This document shows, in pieces, positions 36,385 to 51,319 of a stretch of DNA of 64,000 bases. The DNA lies in assembly GCA_043228905.1 (NCBI GenBank), contig JBHGNT010000021.1, forward strand, positions 13,020,001 through 13,084,000, read 5' to 3'. Positions within the stretch are counted from its first letter, which is position 1. Each line of letters starts with the position of its first letter. The translations under genes were made by a program, and so were the position numbers. Below the pieces are notes generated by a model. It saw only the letters and a program-made list of their open reading frames with translations. It had not been told where the DNA came from and made no database searches. This DNA is from Azolla caroliniana (Eukaryota > Plantae > Polypodiophyta).

Positions 36385-37744
36385 ACGTGACAAAGGTGCT
36401 TCATTGGTTCAACATGTTAGAGGCGAAATCGGTCGTATCGACACTTCCGGCAAATTCCAAATTGTCTGGAAAGCAGAGCCCGTAGACAAAGGCAAAGAAG
36501 ATGAATATGATGAAGATACCATATGCCTCTGCCATCGGAAGCTTGATGTATGCGATGGTATGTACAGGGCCGGATATCGGATATGCAGTCGTAGTGGTGA
36601 GTCGGTTCATGAGCAATCCAGGAAGAGAGCATTGGAACGCGGTCAAGTGGATTCTCCGGTATCTGAAAGGCACCTCGAGTATGTGCCTTCGGTTTGGCTC
36701 TAGTAATCCCCAACTTGACGGATTCACCGATTCGGATATGTCGGCTGATGCGGATACCAACTGGTCTACATCAGGATATGTCGTGACTTATGTAGGGGGG
36801 GGGTGTTTCGTGGCAGTTGAGGCCGTAGAAGACTATTGCGTTGTCAACCATGGAGGCGGAGTACATGGCTCCACACATGGCAGCTGTGGAAGCCGACAAG
36901 GAGATAATCTGGATGAAGGAATTCATCGGAGAGTTAGGGATCCAATAGGAGGAATACCGGTTCTACTGCGACAATCACAGTGCCATCCACCTTGCAAAGA
37001 ACACAACCTACAATTCCCGGATGAAACATATCTAGTAGAGGTACCACTAGATCCGGGAGAGAGTAGAAGATCAAGAGTTCGTGCCGACGAAGATCCACAT
37101 GGAGGAGAATAGGTCGGATATGCTGATCAAGGTGTTGACAATTGACAAGTTGGACGCGTGCCGAAAGCGGATCGGGCTGGCGAGACATCCCATGCCGGAG
37201 TGAAGGGGGAGATTGTTGGGAAATCGGTCCCTCCGGATGGGATCCGGTTATGAATGAAGAGGACCCGGTGAGAACCGGAAGAGATCCAGAAACCGGATCC
37301 GATGGACCCCGTGAGAACCGAAAGAGAAGTCATGTTTGTAAATATGTTTTGAGTAAGCCTATTGAGGCTATATTTGTAAATAGCCCTAAGTTCATATAAG
37401 TATAAATATGACTTAGGGCAATCACTTTAGTGAGTTGTTGTCATATTGTTGTATGTGCATAACTGTTGTGTATATATATAGAGAGATACAGAGCGATACT
37501 TTGTTGTAACCGCCGCTTGGCGAAGAAACAGAGCTCGAGGTCATTGCCTCTGAGTCTTTGATTGTACCCTTTTTTCTTCATAGTGATAGTTGGAGTCTGA
37601 GGGGTCCCGTGGTTTTTTCCCATTCAGGGTTTTCCGTGTAAACATCCTGTGTACTCTCTATTTCCCATTTCTGTGTTTTTCCTTCTCATTGAAGTGATTC
37701 AAGACTCGGTTGTGGCCGAATAGTATTCCGCGCTATTCCTCTCA
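36385..37744 (+). mobile_element. 3' part of a Tnt1-like Copia (RT C-terminus, RNase H, PPT, 3' LTR 37213-37744)
   Basis: IPYASAIGSLMYAMVCT and HWNAVKWILRYLKGT. PPT GAAGGGGGAGA. LTR TGTTGGG... is related to that of the 11280-16898 element. Confidence 0.9.
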
Positions 37745-40700
37745 GAAAGTAGAAGCATTTTGTTTTGCAGGTGTTTGTTGTAGTCGGCGAAGTATATTTG
37801 TTGAAGAAAACAACTGTAGGGGTTGTGGGGAAAGTTTGGTTTGTACATATGCAACACTTAGCGATTATGTTGTTTATGTGCTTCCAAAAGCTTGTGCTAG
37901 TAAAGAATCGATGGTGATTTTTGTGGAATGGAATAGATGTGCGTTATGTGCATATATGTGTGAGAGAAAAAGAGAGGAGAGAAAAGATAACTCAAGATAG
38001 ATAAATGAGAGGAAAACATAGAATACTCAAGAAGAAGGTGTATATTTCACAAGTAGAATAAGATTTACAAAATGTAGCATAACAAGGAGTCACAACCGAC
38101 TTAATATGAAGTATGAGGAGGGTGCTTTATATATAGTCACCCTCTCTCTTCATTAACTAACTATAACAACCACTCTCTCTCTTGGGGAATTTGAAGACTC
38201 ATAGTCATGGGGAATATGTAACTCATTAGTTATGTGTCATAGAATATGATTCTATGACACATAGTTAATGTGTAAAGAGTAGTGGTGTGACTCTTGAAAT
38301 TTGAGTAATCATGGATTCTCAAAAGGTGTGTTCTCATCACGCCCCGTCAAGCTCAACACGGGTTGTCCGCTTCGTTTGGTATCCGGTTCAAACGATCTCC
38401 GGAGTTCGCTTCAGCTCATACCCGGTTCGGACGGTATCTAGTTCTCGTTTGTACTCCCCCTCAAGTTTGGCAAGTCAAGGATCGTCAATCCAAGGTCTGA
38501 CTTGAATTGCCGAAGCTTGTCGGCTCCAAGGGCTTTCGTGAAGATGTCAGCCGTTTGAAGATTCATGTTGATGTGCGGAGGATCGACATCTCCAACCTAA
38601 ACACACTCCCGAATGAAGTGATAATGTACTTCAATATGCTTTGTGCGCGCGTGGAACACCAGGTTCCAAGCAAGATAAATACTGCTCATGTTGTCGTAGT
38701 AAATTGAAGTTGGATCCTTGATGGGAACGCCCAGATCCTTCAAAATCCTCTTGAGCCATACGGCTTCATATGCAGCTACAATTGTGCCCTTGTATGTGGC
38801 CTTTGTACTCAAAAGAGCAATGGTCGGCTACATCTTGCTACTCCAAGATATTGCTCCGCTACCGAGCGAGAAGACAAATCCAGGGGTCGATCGTCGATCG
38901 GCTTTCTAGCCGGCCCAATCAGCATCTATGTACCCTTCGAGTTGAATGGGTGTGGCCGATGTGTAGAGAATGTCGTAAACCATTGTTCCGCTCACGTATC
39001 GTAACACTCGCTTAGTGCAATTGAAATGGATATCTCGCGGAGTTTGCATGAATTGGCTAAGGAGGCCAACCGGATAGTTGAGGTCGGGTCGAGTGATTGT
39101 GAGATAGATGAGGCTCCCAATCAGTTGTCGATATTGAGTCGGCTCGCACTCAATTGTGCCGGAGTCAACGTCTAGTTTGAGGTTTCGATCGAGAGGGGTT
39201 GCCAGAGATTTGCACTCAACCATCCTGAACTTGTATAACAAGTTGAGGATGTAGTGTTGTTGAAAGATCATAATGGCGGTCGAAATCCGAATTACTTCGA
39301 TTCCTAGGAAGTAATGAAGTTCCTTCATGTCCGTCATCTCGAATTTGTTGGAGAGGAGGAACTTCACCTTGTTGATGTGGACCAAATGCTCACCTCCAAT
39401 AACTAGATCATCCACATATAGGATGATGACAATTAGGCTTCTAGATTCATTTCGTACGTAGAGGGAGTTGTCGGATTTTGACATTCTAAAGCTGATTTGA
39501 TGAAGATATTATGTAATCTTTGAATGCCAAGCACGCAGTGCTTGCTTGAGGCTGTAGACTGGCTTCTTGAGTCGGCACACGACTTTCGGATGAGTACGTG
39601 ATTCGAAGTTGGGTGGTTGTACCATGTATACCTATTCTAATTCGCCTTGAAGAAAGGCATTCTTTACGTCCATCTGATGGAGGTGCCACCCTTTTGCTGC
39701 TGCGAGTGCAATTACGGTCCGCACCGTCGTCATCATTGCCCCGGGGGCAAATGTCTCTTCGTAGTTGACTCCATGTGTTTGTGCGTATCCTTTTGCTATG
39801 AGTCGACCTTTGTGGCGGTTTACGAAGCCATTGACGTTATACTTCACCTTGTAGATCTATTTGTAACCGATCGCCTTCTTGTGCGGTGAGTGGGGAATGA
39901 GATCCCATGTTTCGTTCTTACAAAGTGCCCGCATCTCCTCGTTCATTGCATTGACCCATCGCGGGTCCTTCATGGCTTTGGAAAAGGTTTCCGACTCCCA
40001 TATTGTCGCTACGTTCATCATAAAGGCATAATGGTACGCCATATAATCGTTTTAGCCGAATCGGCTTATGGAGTTCTTTTCACGGGTGGATCGGCGGAGC
40101 TTCTTGTTTGCGGATACTAAAGCTTTCTTCGCTCCATATGTCTGGATGTGAAGGCCGTTGAACTGACTATCGAGGGAGTGAGTTGATTCGATGCCGTCGA
40201 AGTGATCGTCTTCATACTCCGGCCTTTTTGCCTTCCCTTTGTCCAACTTCGGACTCGGACGAGATGTGCTTTGATCGCTCGAAGGCTCTTGTGGTCCACT
40301 AAGCCTTGTTGTAATCGGGCTTTCTTCGAACATGCGCGTGAGTCGATCTTCGGCTTCAATCTCTATTTTGGTGGATTTCGGGTCGAGCGGAATCGGAGTG
40401 AAAGTTGTCTCTGTTGCGTACCAAGATGTGAACTCATCAAAAATGACGTCTCAACTTACTCAAGATTTTCGAGTTGAGGGGTTATAGCACTTACAATACC
40501 CCTTTTGCTCCAGTGAGTATCCTACGAGGATACATTTCTGACTTTGGGTCTAGCTTTTGTCGCTTCTTGTCGGGGATATGCACATACACAATGGAGCCGA
40601 ATATCCGAACATGTGATAGGTCAGGCTTCATTCCGAAAAACTTCTCGTGCGGAGTAAGTTCATGCACACCCGATGTCGTACACCGATTCATGAGATATAT

Positions 40701-43700
40701 GACCGTGTTAGCCGCTTCTACCCAGTACGACTTCGGCACGTGCTTTTTGTTCATCATGGCCCATGCTACTTCGAGGATGTGCCGATTCTTTCATTCGGCC
40801 ACTTCGTTTTGTTGTGGTGTATGTCAACACGAAAACTCTCGCCGAATTCCTTCTTTCCGTAGGTACGCTGTAAACTCATCCGAGAAATATTCCTTGCCTC
40901 CATTTGATCAAAGGCATCGTACATGTCGGCCCGTGGCTTTCTCGACTTCATTCTTAAATTTGTGGAAGTGTCGGAACACTTTGCTCTTTTGCCGCATGGG
41001 GTAGATCTTGGTGTGCTTGGAGAAGTCGTTGATGAAGGCCATGTAGTATCGGCATCCGCCGAATGTAGCTGTTTGAGCTGGACCCCATACATCGGAATAA
41101 ATTATGTCAAGTATTGCTTTGCTCACGTTCCGCTTCTTCGGAAATGGGTGCCAATGTTGCTTGCCAAATTGGCAAGCGGCACACACGCTTTCAATCTCTT
41201 TCTCCTTGAATGTCGGGAGCCCGATGACTACTCCTTTCGATTGCATTGCCTTGAGTTTTTGGAGGTTGATATGACCAATCCGCTTGTGCCATAACTCTAT
41301 GTCAGAATCGACTTTCATGCCCTTTGCGAACATGGACGATTTCATCTCGTGCGAGTCGAGAATGAACATTCGGCCCTCTCTTCGTCCGTGAGCAATGAGT
41401 CCGCTGAGTCCGCCTTCTTTTTCGATGAAGCACCCACCTTGATTAAATCGTACTTGCATCCCATGCTCAAAAATTTGGCCAACGGAAACCAAATTCTTCG
41501 CAATGGTTGGTACATGCAAGACATTTTTAATAAAAGTTTGGTTACCTTATTTGCTGAGTGGGACATTGCCAATATGTCGAATCGGATGCGTAGTGTCGTC
41601 TTCGGTTTCGACATAGCCGGGTCATTCCAACTCTATAAGTTCTTGGAACCATTCTTAATGAGACGTCATATGCTTCGAGGCACCAGAGTCGACGAACGAT
41701 ACGTCTTCTGGACCAGAGGCGCTAGTTGAAGTAGAAGGTGACATAGAATTTGCTCTATGTCTCATCATGAAGTTGACATAGTCGGAGTTGGTGGTGTAAT
41801 TGGTGAGTTGTCGGCTAGTGGAAGCCGACTCGCGCATCTTCTTATGGTAGTCTTCCTCATGGTGACCGATTTTTCTGCAATATCAGCATTCGACCGAGTT
41901 TTGTCGGCTCGGACCTGAATGGAAGCTCCCCCTTTTTTCGAAGGTTCCGAGTTTTTTCGGCTTGGACCGGAATGGAAGCTCCCCCTTCTTCCGAAGGTTC
42001 CTCGATGGCTTCCACCTTGATGCTGAAATTGTGAGTTGTTTTCGTAATTCAGGCCTCATGTTTGAACAAGGAGCAACGCCTCGGAAGGCCACATGCTTTA
42101 CTCACACTCAGACGGAGGAAGAGGATGCGGCCGTGCAAGAAGAGGCCGCCTTGTCCTTGGTCGAATCGACCTCTTCTTGCACGGCCGCGTCCTCTTCCTC
42201 CATCTGAGTATGAGTAAAGCATGTGGCCTTTCGAGGCATTGCTCCTTGTTCGAACATGGTTTTCTTCGACCAACAACATGGATTTAAGGTCGAAGAAGGA
42301 GGGCGGACTCTTCCATGCTAGTATGGAGGTCCTCATCGCGCCAAACCGTGGTGCAAGGCCGCCGAGACATATTTGCACCATCTCATCATCGCCCATATTG
42401 ACGCTTATTAAGCCGAGCGAGTCACAAAGATCCTTGATCTTCAAGGTGTAACTTGTGATGGACATATCCCTTTGTTGGATGTCGTTGAACTCTTGGCGGA
42501 GTTGAAGCTTTCTCGTAGTTGTGTTGGTAGCAAAAATCTTTCGTAGATTCTCCCACGCTTCCTTTGGTGTCTTGGCTTCTCGAATGTACCTGAGCATGTG
42601 GTTGTGAACACATGTTGCCAATCAATACATCACTCGGCTTGCCGCTTGCTCCCACGTGGCATAGTCGGCGTCTTTCGGGTCAGGTCGGTTTTCTTGTGAT
42701 CCTTAGATGTAACCCATATAGCCTTGGCTGACAAGGTATTGGTGCATCTTGTACTCCCAAGATACAACGTTGTTTCGATCTAGCTTCTCACTAGGGAGAG
42801 TGCTCCCCATTTGAGTATTCATTGTCGATGAAGCTTCCTTTCTTCTTTTCATTCTCTCTCGAACACGAGCTATGTAGTGGTACTACGATAGCGATGAGCG
42901 GGTTCTTCTTGAACGTTGGCGTAGAGCACAACACACGATCACGATGAGGCGAGTGGGCTAGATCGAGCTACCAAATCGCTCGGATACCATGTAAAGAATT
43001 GATGGTGATTCTTGTGCAGCGGAATAGATGTGCGTTATGTGCGTATATGTGTGAGAGAAAAAGAGAGGAGAGAAAAGAGAACTCAAGATAGATAAATGAG
43101 AGGAAAAAATAGAATACTCAAGAAGAATGTGTATATTTCACAAGTAGAATAAGATTTACAAAATGTAGCATAACAAGGAGTCACAAGCGACTTAATATGA
43201 AGTATGAGGAGGGTGCTTTACATATAGTCACCCTCTCTCTTCATTAACTAATTGCAACAACCACTCTCTCTCTTGAGGAAACTTAAGGAAGACAACGTGA
43301 ACCTTCAAAAACAAGTTAAGAACCTTTACACATCTAGGGAAGATGGTGAAATATCTTCCCTAGAGGATATTAAGGACGAGATAAAAAAGGTTAAGGAAGA
43401 GGTTAAAAGCAATATGGAATTAGCAAAAACTGGGTGGGTTGATGTAGTAAAACGTAATATTAAAAAGGAACTAAAGGATGAAAATATTATAAACACCACC
43501 CTTGAGGAGGAAAAAATGCATCAAGCTTGACGCTTAAACGTAAGAGTTAGTAGGCTCAAGGAAGGGGCATCTCCCAACAAAGATGCACAAACATTAGGGA
43601 AGATGTTGGGGTATGAAACCCTACCAATCACCAAAAGTTGGAGAGTAGGACGTGGCACCACTAGGAAAAGAGCTTTAGTCCTTCAGTTTAAGGACTCAGA

Positions 43701-45768
43701 ATCTAGGATCACCTTTTTTAAAAAGAGACCAATTCTTCGAGGGTTGGGTGGGGACCCTATCTACCTCGATGAATACTTGACCAAGATGCAAATTTAGTAT
43801 CGTAAAACTTGTATGCCGCGAGTCATACAAGCTCCTAAAGAGGGGCACCGTGCTTTTTACCGAGACGGACGTGTGATAATTAATGATCGCACTGCCAATT
43901 GACAGTGTGTGGCCCTTGTGATAGACAATAAACTTAGGATGACCTTATGGAATTGTAATGGTGCACTTTGGACACACCCTAGCCGTCTAGAGGACATTTC
44001 GAAGGTATCTAATATACTTTTTTTAGTAGAAACACATCAGAGTCCAAATTGAAGACTGCCATGAGTTGACAGTTTTTGTTCGGAATCCGTCTTTGGACAA
44101 ACATCACGTCGACACACTACTAGAGGGTCTGGAGGGGTTGCGATATTATTTCGGAGAGAGATACATAATAGGATAGAAATACTAAAGAAAGACTCAAAAG
44201 CCCATTTTATGTGGGTGAAAATCCTCACTAGCAAGAATCAGGTGATATTTATTGCTGTTTGTTACTTCCCCCCGAAAGGATCCCGGTATAATACGACTGG
44301 AGAGGCGAGTATAGTTGATGAAGGAATGCCACATGGGCCTTCTCCATACGAACCTTTATCGGATGACATAATCTGATATTCTTCTCAAGGAGAAGTCTCC
44401 CTTGTAGGGGATTTTAATGCGAGAACCCAATCCCGACAATGCAGAATATTTCAGATGGATAGAAACTTAGAAATGGTGAATGTCGACCCTTTAGCCTTAG
44501 GCATAAGACATACATCAAAAGATCAAGGTGCGGACGCCACAAGCTTTGTCCATCATCTGCTTGAACTTGGAAGCCGACACCAGTTGATCATATATAATGG
44601 CTTAGCCAAGTGGCTGGGCTCGGAATAGCTCACATGTTTCCCACATGGAGGAGGGGAAAACACAGTTGATTACCTAATAGGACGCCCTAAAGCTACCCAC
44701 AAGGTTAACTCCTTTCAGTGGCCCCATGCCCCATTGGTGCAAACCATAGCTTCCTATACTTTGAGCTAAAATGTGACATCTCCCACGCCACCAACTTTAG
44801 TCAACCAACCCATCACACCATAATACATTTCACGCATGAGCTCGCTAACATCTACTCTCGACATGTACAAGCCCATCTCTCCTCTTTTGATTCTTCCTTG
44901 CCTTTAGAGAACCTCACTACAGAACTCACACACATCCTTCACTCAACAACAACTAGTAGCTTCCCATGCACGAAAGGTTCCAACCATAGTAGAATAGGGT
45001 CTATGCCACAAAACAAGTGGTATGATGAGGATTGCAGAGAGTTGTATAGACAACTTAAGGTGTCACGACTTAATGGTACTATTTCCTCAGTACAGGCTCG
45101 CAAAGAGATGCGCAAGTTGACACGTCGTAAAAGACGACCTTGGGAAGCATCTCAATATTGGGAACTCTACCATATGTTCATGAGTCGGGATTGCGCCCTT
45201 GCATGGAAGAGACTACAGGAACTAAGACCACAAACACCCATCGAGGATCCCAATATTTGGCACACATATATCGAGAGACTGTACCATGTCCCAAAACAAC
45301 CACCCATTCCAATGCCTTCCACACCTCGACATACCATGGGGACACTTTTCATGACCTCTAGGGTCACAAAGGTCATAAAAAAGTTACAACATAGGAAATC
45401 CATGGACCACACAGGATTGCGAGCCGAGCACATCATATATGCTCGAGAGTGCCTAGCCCCCCTTCTCACTCTAATCTTCAACCGTGCCCTCGCCGAGGGT
45501 TTTCCACCACAATGGGCCATGAACACAATGGCCCCTATACATAAAGGAGGGGACCCAATGGACGCAAATACATATAGGACCATTATGATAGGTCATACGC
45601 TCGCTAAACTATATGGTGCAGTAATGGAAGCGGAGCTAAGCGATTATATGGAAACATTAAGTCTTCGCGCACCTGAGCAGGCTGGCTTTAGACGAGCCTT
45701 CTCCACTATTGACCATATCTTCACACTTAGGTGCTTAATTGACCAGACAAAGGCTCGTAAGAAGAAAT

Positions 45769-47556
45769 TGTTACTATACGAGATGCACGTGTGATTGATA
45801 AGTGTGATAAGTGAGGGTGAAAGATGTAATGTGTTGATATGTATGTGTAATGTTATACGATTATGAGTGTGAATGTAAGTGTGAGTGTGGTGGATACAAC
45901 GAGGTGTGAGTGAGTGGTTAGGTGTGAATGCCCAAGGGGCTTGCACCCTTGTGTATATACCCTTTTGTACCTATTTAACCCCTTATGGGGAATGAATGAA
46001 GAATGGTCGTTTTCTCTCTCAATCGCTCTCTTGTCATCTTTCTCGCCCTCTCTCTCTTCCTCCCCCCCCTTAACGTTGAACCCCCTTGGGATGGGGGTGG
46101 AGCCATTCTAGGCACCACCCCCCACCCCGCAATGCTCCTCAATGTTTGTCAACATCTTCATGATCTCTCTCACCATCATATTCTCCATCATTTTCACTAT
46201 TATACCATTACCATTCATCCTCATCCTTTACCGTAACCCTAAAATGTACAACACCTTTTGGAGACCACTAAGGCGACCCCCCCTTGGAGATGGAGTCAAC
46301 GAATGATCCACAACAGTATGATGTGCGAGAGGAACTCAGAGAATGATATGCGGTAGAAGTATGTCCGAGAGAGCAAGAAATGAAACTGACAATGTACAAG
46401 AAATGTGCGAGAAATGATGAAAATGGAGACGGGAGAACACCAAGGAAGAAGGAGGAGGACCAAACAACAAGATGGAAAAACGAAGGGTCCGCCAGAGATG
46501 ATGGTGACAAAGACAAAGGGCGGTGGAAAGAATGACCAATGGCCAAAAAAACGAACCAACAGTTGGAGCGGCTAGAGTGCGGTTGGAATGGCCAGATAAC
46601 GGTTGAAGAGCGGTCGGACAACAGTAGGAGCGGTTGGAGTGGCCGGATAGTGGCTAAACAACAGTCGACGACCGGACAAATGCCGGTACGAAAGCCGGAC
46701 AATGATGGAGACGATAGCCGAAATGCACAACCATGGAAAACGGAGATGGCCAGACAAGTACGACAGCAACGGTCGGAGTGGCCAGATGGGCTGGATAGAG
46801 AACCGCCAAATGACGAATGGAATGGACCCAATAGAGAAGGACGGCAATGACCGTAACGATGGCCAGAATAGACGAATGAAAACGACCATATAGAATGGCC
46901 GAAGAGACATCCGAATAGGCGAACAGAAGACAACACACGATGTCGAACAAGGGGAGCAGAAGAAGAAAGAATATGGAGATGGAGACGGCAATGGCACCGA
47001 AAAAAGAGATGGAGTGGCAGGAGGAATTGAATAGAGAGACAGAGACCATGGACAGAGCCGACAACCACCAAAGGTGGAATTAGAAAAGAAAGAAGATGAA
47101 AATCAGAAAATAAGAAGAAATAGATAGAGGAGGAAGAACGACTGAAGAAGAGAAGAAAGACAAGGTGTAAGAAGAAAGAAAGGAGAACAAAGAAAGGAAT
47201 ATGAAAGAACAGAGATAGACACACAAGAAGATGGAGTCAAAGAGAAAGACAGAAGAAAAGAGGAAGAAATGACAGACAATCTGACACAGGCAGGTAGAAA
47301 AAGACCAACAAACACGAAAAGAAAAGAAATGAGGAAAGAGAGAAAATGACCATTCTTCATTCATTCCCAATAAGGGGTTAAATAGGTACAAAAGGGTAGA
47401 TACACAAGGGTGCAAGCCCCTTGGGCATTCACACCTAACCACTCACTCACACCTCTTTGTATCCACCACACTCACACTTACATTCACACTCATAATCGTA
47501 TAACATTACACATACATATCAACACATTACATCTTTCACCCTCACTTATCACACTT
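45769..47556 (+). mobile_element. LTR-element fragment with an inverted partial copy of its own LTR
   Basis: Putative LTR 45769-46253 (TGTTAC...ACAACA) and PBS-like TGGAGACCACT at 46259. Purine-rich leader, then 47337-47556 as the reverse complement of 45800-46019. Splits LINE RT at KKKL/CCFVD. Confidence 0.75.
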
Positions 47557-50500
47557 TGTTGCTTTGTGGACTACCGCAAAGCCTTTGACACGGTTCCTAG
47601 GGAGAGGTTGTTTGATAGACTTAAGAGCTTGGAGATACCAAATGACATGATCTGGGCCATTTATGCCTTATATGAGCAAGTCTCTGGGTGCGTACGATGC
47701 CCAGGTGGCCTATCCGATTGTTTCACTAGCACCATTGGTGTAAAACTGGGTTGCCCCTTGTCACCGACTCTTTTTGGGATCTACATTGATGAGATCACTG
47801 ATTTAATTGCTCGAAAGGGAGGTAAGGGAGTAGTTATTGGGGATACACAAGTTAGTCTCTTACTCTACGTAGATGACATTGTCTTGCTCTCGGAGTCGGA
47901 ACACGACCTACAAAAGCATCTTAATGCCCTAGATGACTTTTGTACACAACGAGGACTGGGAGTGAATCTAATGAAAACTAAACTCCTTATCTGTCATACA
48001 TCATCCCGAGTTAGGAGTAAATGTCACCTAACCCTCTCTCATAAACTAGTTGAGGTAGTGGGATCATATGTATACTTGGGAGTCACTTTTAGTGCTCGCT
48101 CAGGTAAATTCTCGATGCAGCCAAAGATAGGCTAATGAGAGGGTATGCATCCCTCCCACTCTTAAAGAGACAATGCCACCAAGCATACTTTCAAGAGCCA
48201 CAGACTAAGGGATGGCTCTTCGACTCATTAGTGACCCCTTCCCTCATGTATGCATCAGTAGTATGAGATCCAAATCTACCATCCTTCATGTGGACACAAT
48301 TAGAGAGACCTTTGGTGACGATGTTATCACGTCAACTCTAAAGCAAATCGACAGTACCGCATGACATTATTAGAGCAGAGTTTAGTCTACCCCCCAATGT
48401 TAGTAGAAGCACTCTTTCAAATGGTAGTTTTTATTCATCGGATACATAGCCAACCACAAGATAGGATATCCCGTCGAGCCTTTGAGGCATCCCGATCCCT
48501 ACATGCATCTGGAGACACTATCTCTTGGTATCGCATTGTTGTGAGTTGGTTACTTGCAAAGGGCATAGACATTAATAACCTACCTCCCCTTAAGTACAAC
48601 CATGGGACTGATCAAACTCTAATCTCTCATGAAGACAGTAATAAAGTGATACGCCAAGAAATATGGCAAATTTACACTCGATATAAATGGATCACCCCAC
48701 GAGAGCCACTCCCATCTAAAATATTGTACTATAAGGAAAACTTCTTGCACTTCTCTAAGTTAGGTTTTATTACATGACCAAGATATCTAGATACATTCTT
48801 ATCAAATGCACTAAGGGTGGCCATTGGACAACTTAGGATATCATCTCACCAACTTGAGATTGAGAATGGTCGAGCTAATAGAGCCCCTAGAGAGGAAAGA
48901 CTATGTAGGTTATGCCACATAGAGATAGAGGATGAGTATCACTTCACATGCAAGTGCCCAACTTATGCTGAGATACGGTGTCGCGTTGTTACACGCGTGC
49001 GTGTGGAAGGGGTGGGACCACGGGGGTCTTGGACTAGGGAGTGGAGGAGAAAGATTAAGACACAAAATGGAAGCTTAGCTCAAGAGGAGGTGAGAAAGAA
49101 TAAGACAATAACATAGAATAGACGACGCAAGTTGCTCAACAAGTTAGCTTAAGGATACATAAACGCTTTACAATGGTGACCGCCATGGCCGCACCAAATG
49201 ACTATGAGAAAAACCCTAAAGGAAAACCCAAGAAGAAAACCCTAACCGAAACCCTAAAACCGAATAGGAAACCCTCAACCTAACTGGTATGCCTCTCTCC
49301 CTCAAAATAGGCAACCCCTCATAAGTGACCCCTCCCTTCCTTTTATAGCCCAAGGAGGGAGGGACCTTACAATGTGGGATAAAATTGCCCTCTTCTTTCT
49401 ACACACCATTTCCTAGTATACACGTGCACATATTGCACACCACCGATTTGCCCTTTCCACCCCGGTTTCCGCCTATGGACGAAAATCTTCACGACATCCG
49501 CCCCCACCAAACCGCACATCCACCGGTATGTGCCAAGAAGGGGAAAGAGGTGAGATTTTCGGCCATGGCGATCAACCGAGTCCTTAGCGTCTTTGTCAGC
49601 TTTGCCCGACTTCGTCTTCCACTTCGAGCAAGCCTATCCGTCCCACATGGACCACCTTAGCCTCCTGGTCCGCCATATCCGTCGTATGCTCTTGAACCGT
49701 CGGCTCCATCCGATCAACCATACTCGATGGAGTTCGCCGAACCAATGTCTCTCTGCCCGATCCACCAGACCTGATCTTCACACGCCTCTCTTCGGCTTCC
49801 TTCATTTTCCGCCTGCGACCTTGGGCCGAATCCACGTTCTTCCCGACCGTTTGCCGGATATTGCACGGTGTGCTCTTCGTCCACGCTTGTCTCGCCTCTG
49901 CCGCTTCCTCAACTCGACACTGTCACGCATCGAACTTCGTCGTCGATCATCCTCGTGCTTGTCGCTCGGCCCTTACGCAGCCACATCGCACGTCTCGCAC
50001 TCCGCTCCGCTCTGCGCACCCTTTCGAAAAGGGACATTGCTTCCCCGACATCAGTGTCGGTGCTCTCGTCTTCGGTGTCCTCTGCAACCTCCGATGTTGC
50101 CGCTTCGCCCCGAGGTACACCCTCTTGGTTCGCCTCGTATGTCCTCCGGATGCGCTTCGGATCTCTCCGATCGCACTCCGGTTTCCGCCCTTTTCGTGTT
50201 GCTCCTTTGTGTTTATCGTCTCCGCATGTCGAACACCTCGCTGTGTCGACTCTTCCCGCTCCGCGATTGCCTTCCGTAGGCTCTTCCCGTGCGCCGATGT
50301 GGTCCCTCGAATATGCGCTCATTCTTTGGCCCTTAGGCGACCCCATTCCGCGTTCTTTGCTTCTCCTTTGCCCGTCGTGCTCTCTCGCCGTAGAGCGTAC
50401 CGTCATCCCAACCTTCGTGTCGGTGTCCCTCGAGGCTCCTGTTACCGCCTCACCTCGACTTGCGCCCTCTTGGCCCGCTTGGCCTTGCATGCCCTCCGGG

Positions 50501-50615
50501 AAGCCGCCACCTTTTCTCTTCCCGGTGTGTACCCCATTGTTCTCCGCGCACCATCCTTTGCTCTCGCCTCCCATCCACCGATCCCGGCAACTTACCGCTC
50601 TGTCTCCTGCCGCGT

Positions 50616-51319
50616 TGTCGCGTTGCTACGCGCGTGCGTGGAGAAGGGCGGGACCACGGGGGTCTTGGACTAAGGAGTAGAGGAGAAGGAATCGGACATG
50701 GAATGGAAGCTTTGCTCAAGAAGAAGAAGAATGAACAAGAGGAAGATGGAGACAAGATGATCAACAAGATGTATTAAAACGAAATGAACGATTACAAAAT
50801 GGTGGCCGCATAGGCCGCACCAAACGACTACTCGAAACCCTAACCGACGAAGATGAAGATAAAGATAAAGAAACCCTAACCCTAACCCTAACGCTCGACC
50901 TATGTGGTATACCTCGCAAACTCAAAATAGGCAACCCTTACAATGGTGCCTTCCCTCTCCTTTTATAGCACAAGGAGGGAAGACCGTTTACAAAAGTGAG
51001 ACTAAAATATCCCCTTTCATTCAAAGGGGATATTTGCCTTGATTTGGGGGAGGGTGAGATTAATGGCCCCTTAACTCCCACCTCCTCACAAACAACTAGG
51101 TACCTATGTACCGCATAGTACCTCTCTCTCTCGCACGCGTGGATGTGCGCACAAGACCACATCGCCTTTATACCTTAGGGATCTTATGGGGCATTTCTAG
51201 CACCATACCCTTTACCCCTATTATTATTACAAATACATTATGTACGTGTGCAATGTTGCACATCGCTCTTTGGCTCTCGTTGCTCGGGTTTCCGCTCGTG
51301 GACGAAAATCTTCAGGACA
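50616..51319 (-). mobile_element. Solo LTR of the Trp-primed family nested in D
   Basis: TGTCGCGTTG...TTCAGGACA with TSD GCGT at 50612-50615 and 51320-51323. Confidence 0.93.

Noticed and set aside
46268-47442. Hydrophobic F/L/S-rich ORFs resembling membrane proteins
   Set aside because: Antisense translation of a purine-rich LTR leader.
45769-47556. DIRS-type element (inverted repeats with a one-sided extension at a T-rich site)
   Set aside because: No internal complementary region or tyrosine recombinase found. A TG..CA LTR with a PBS-like site explains the left side better.
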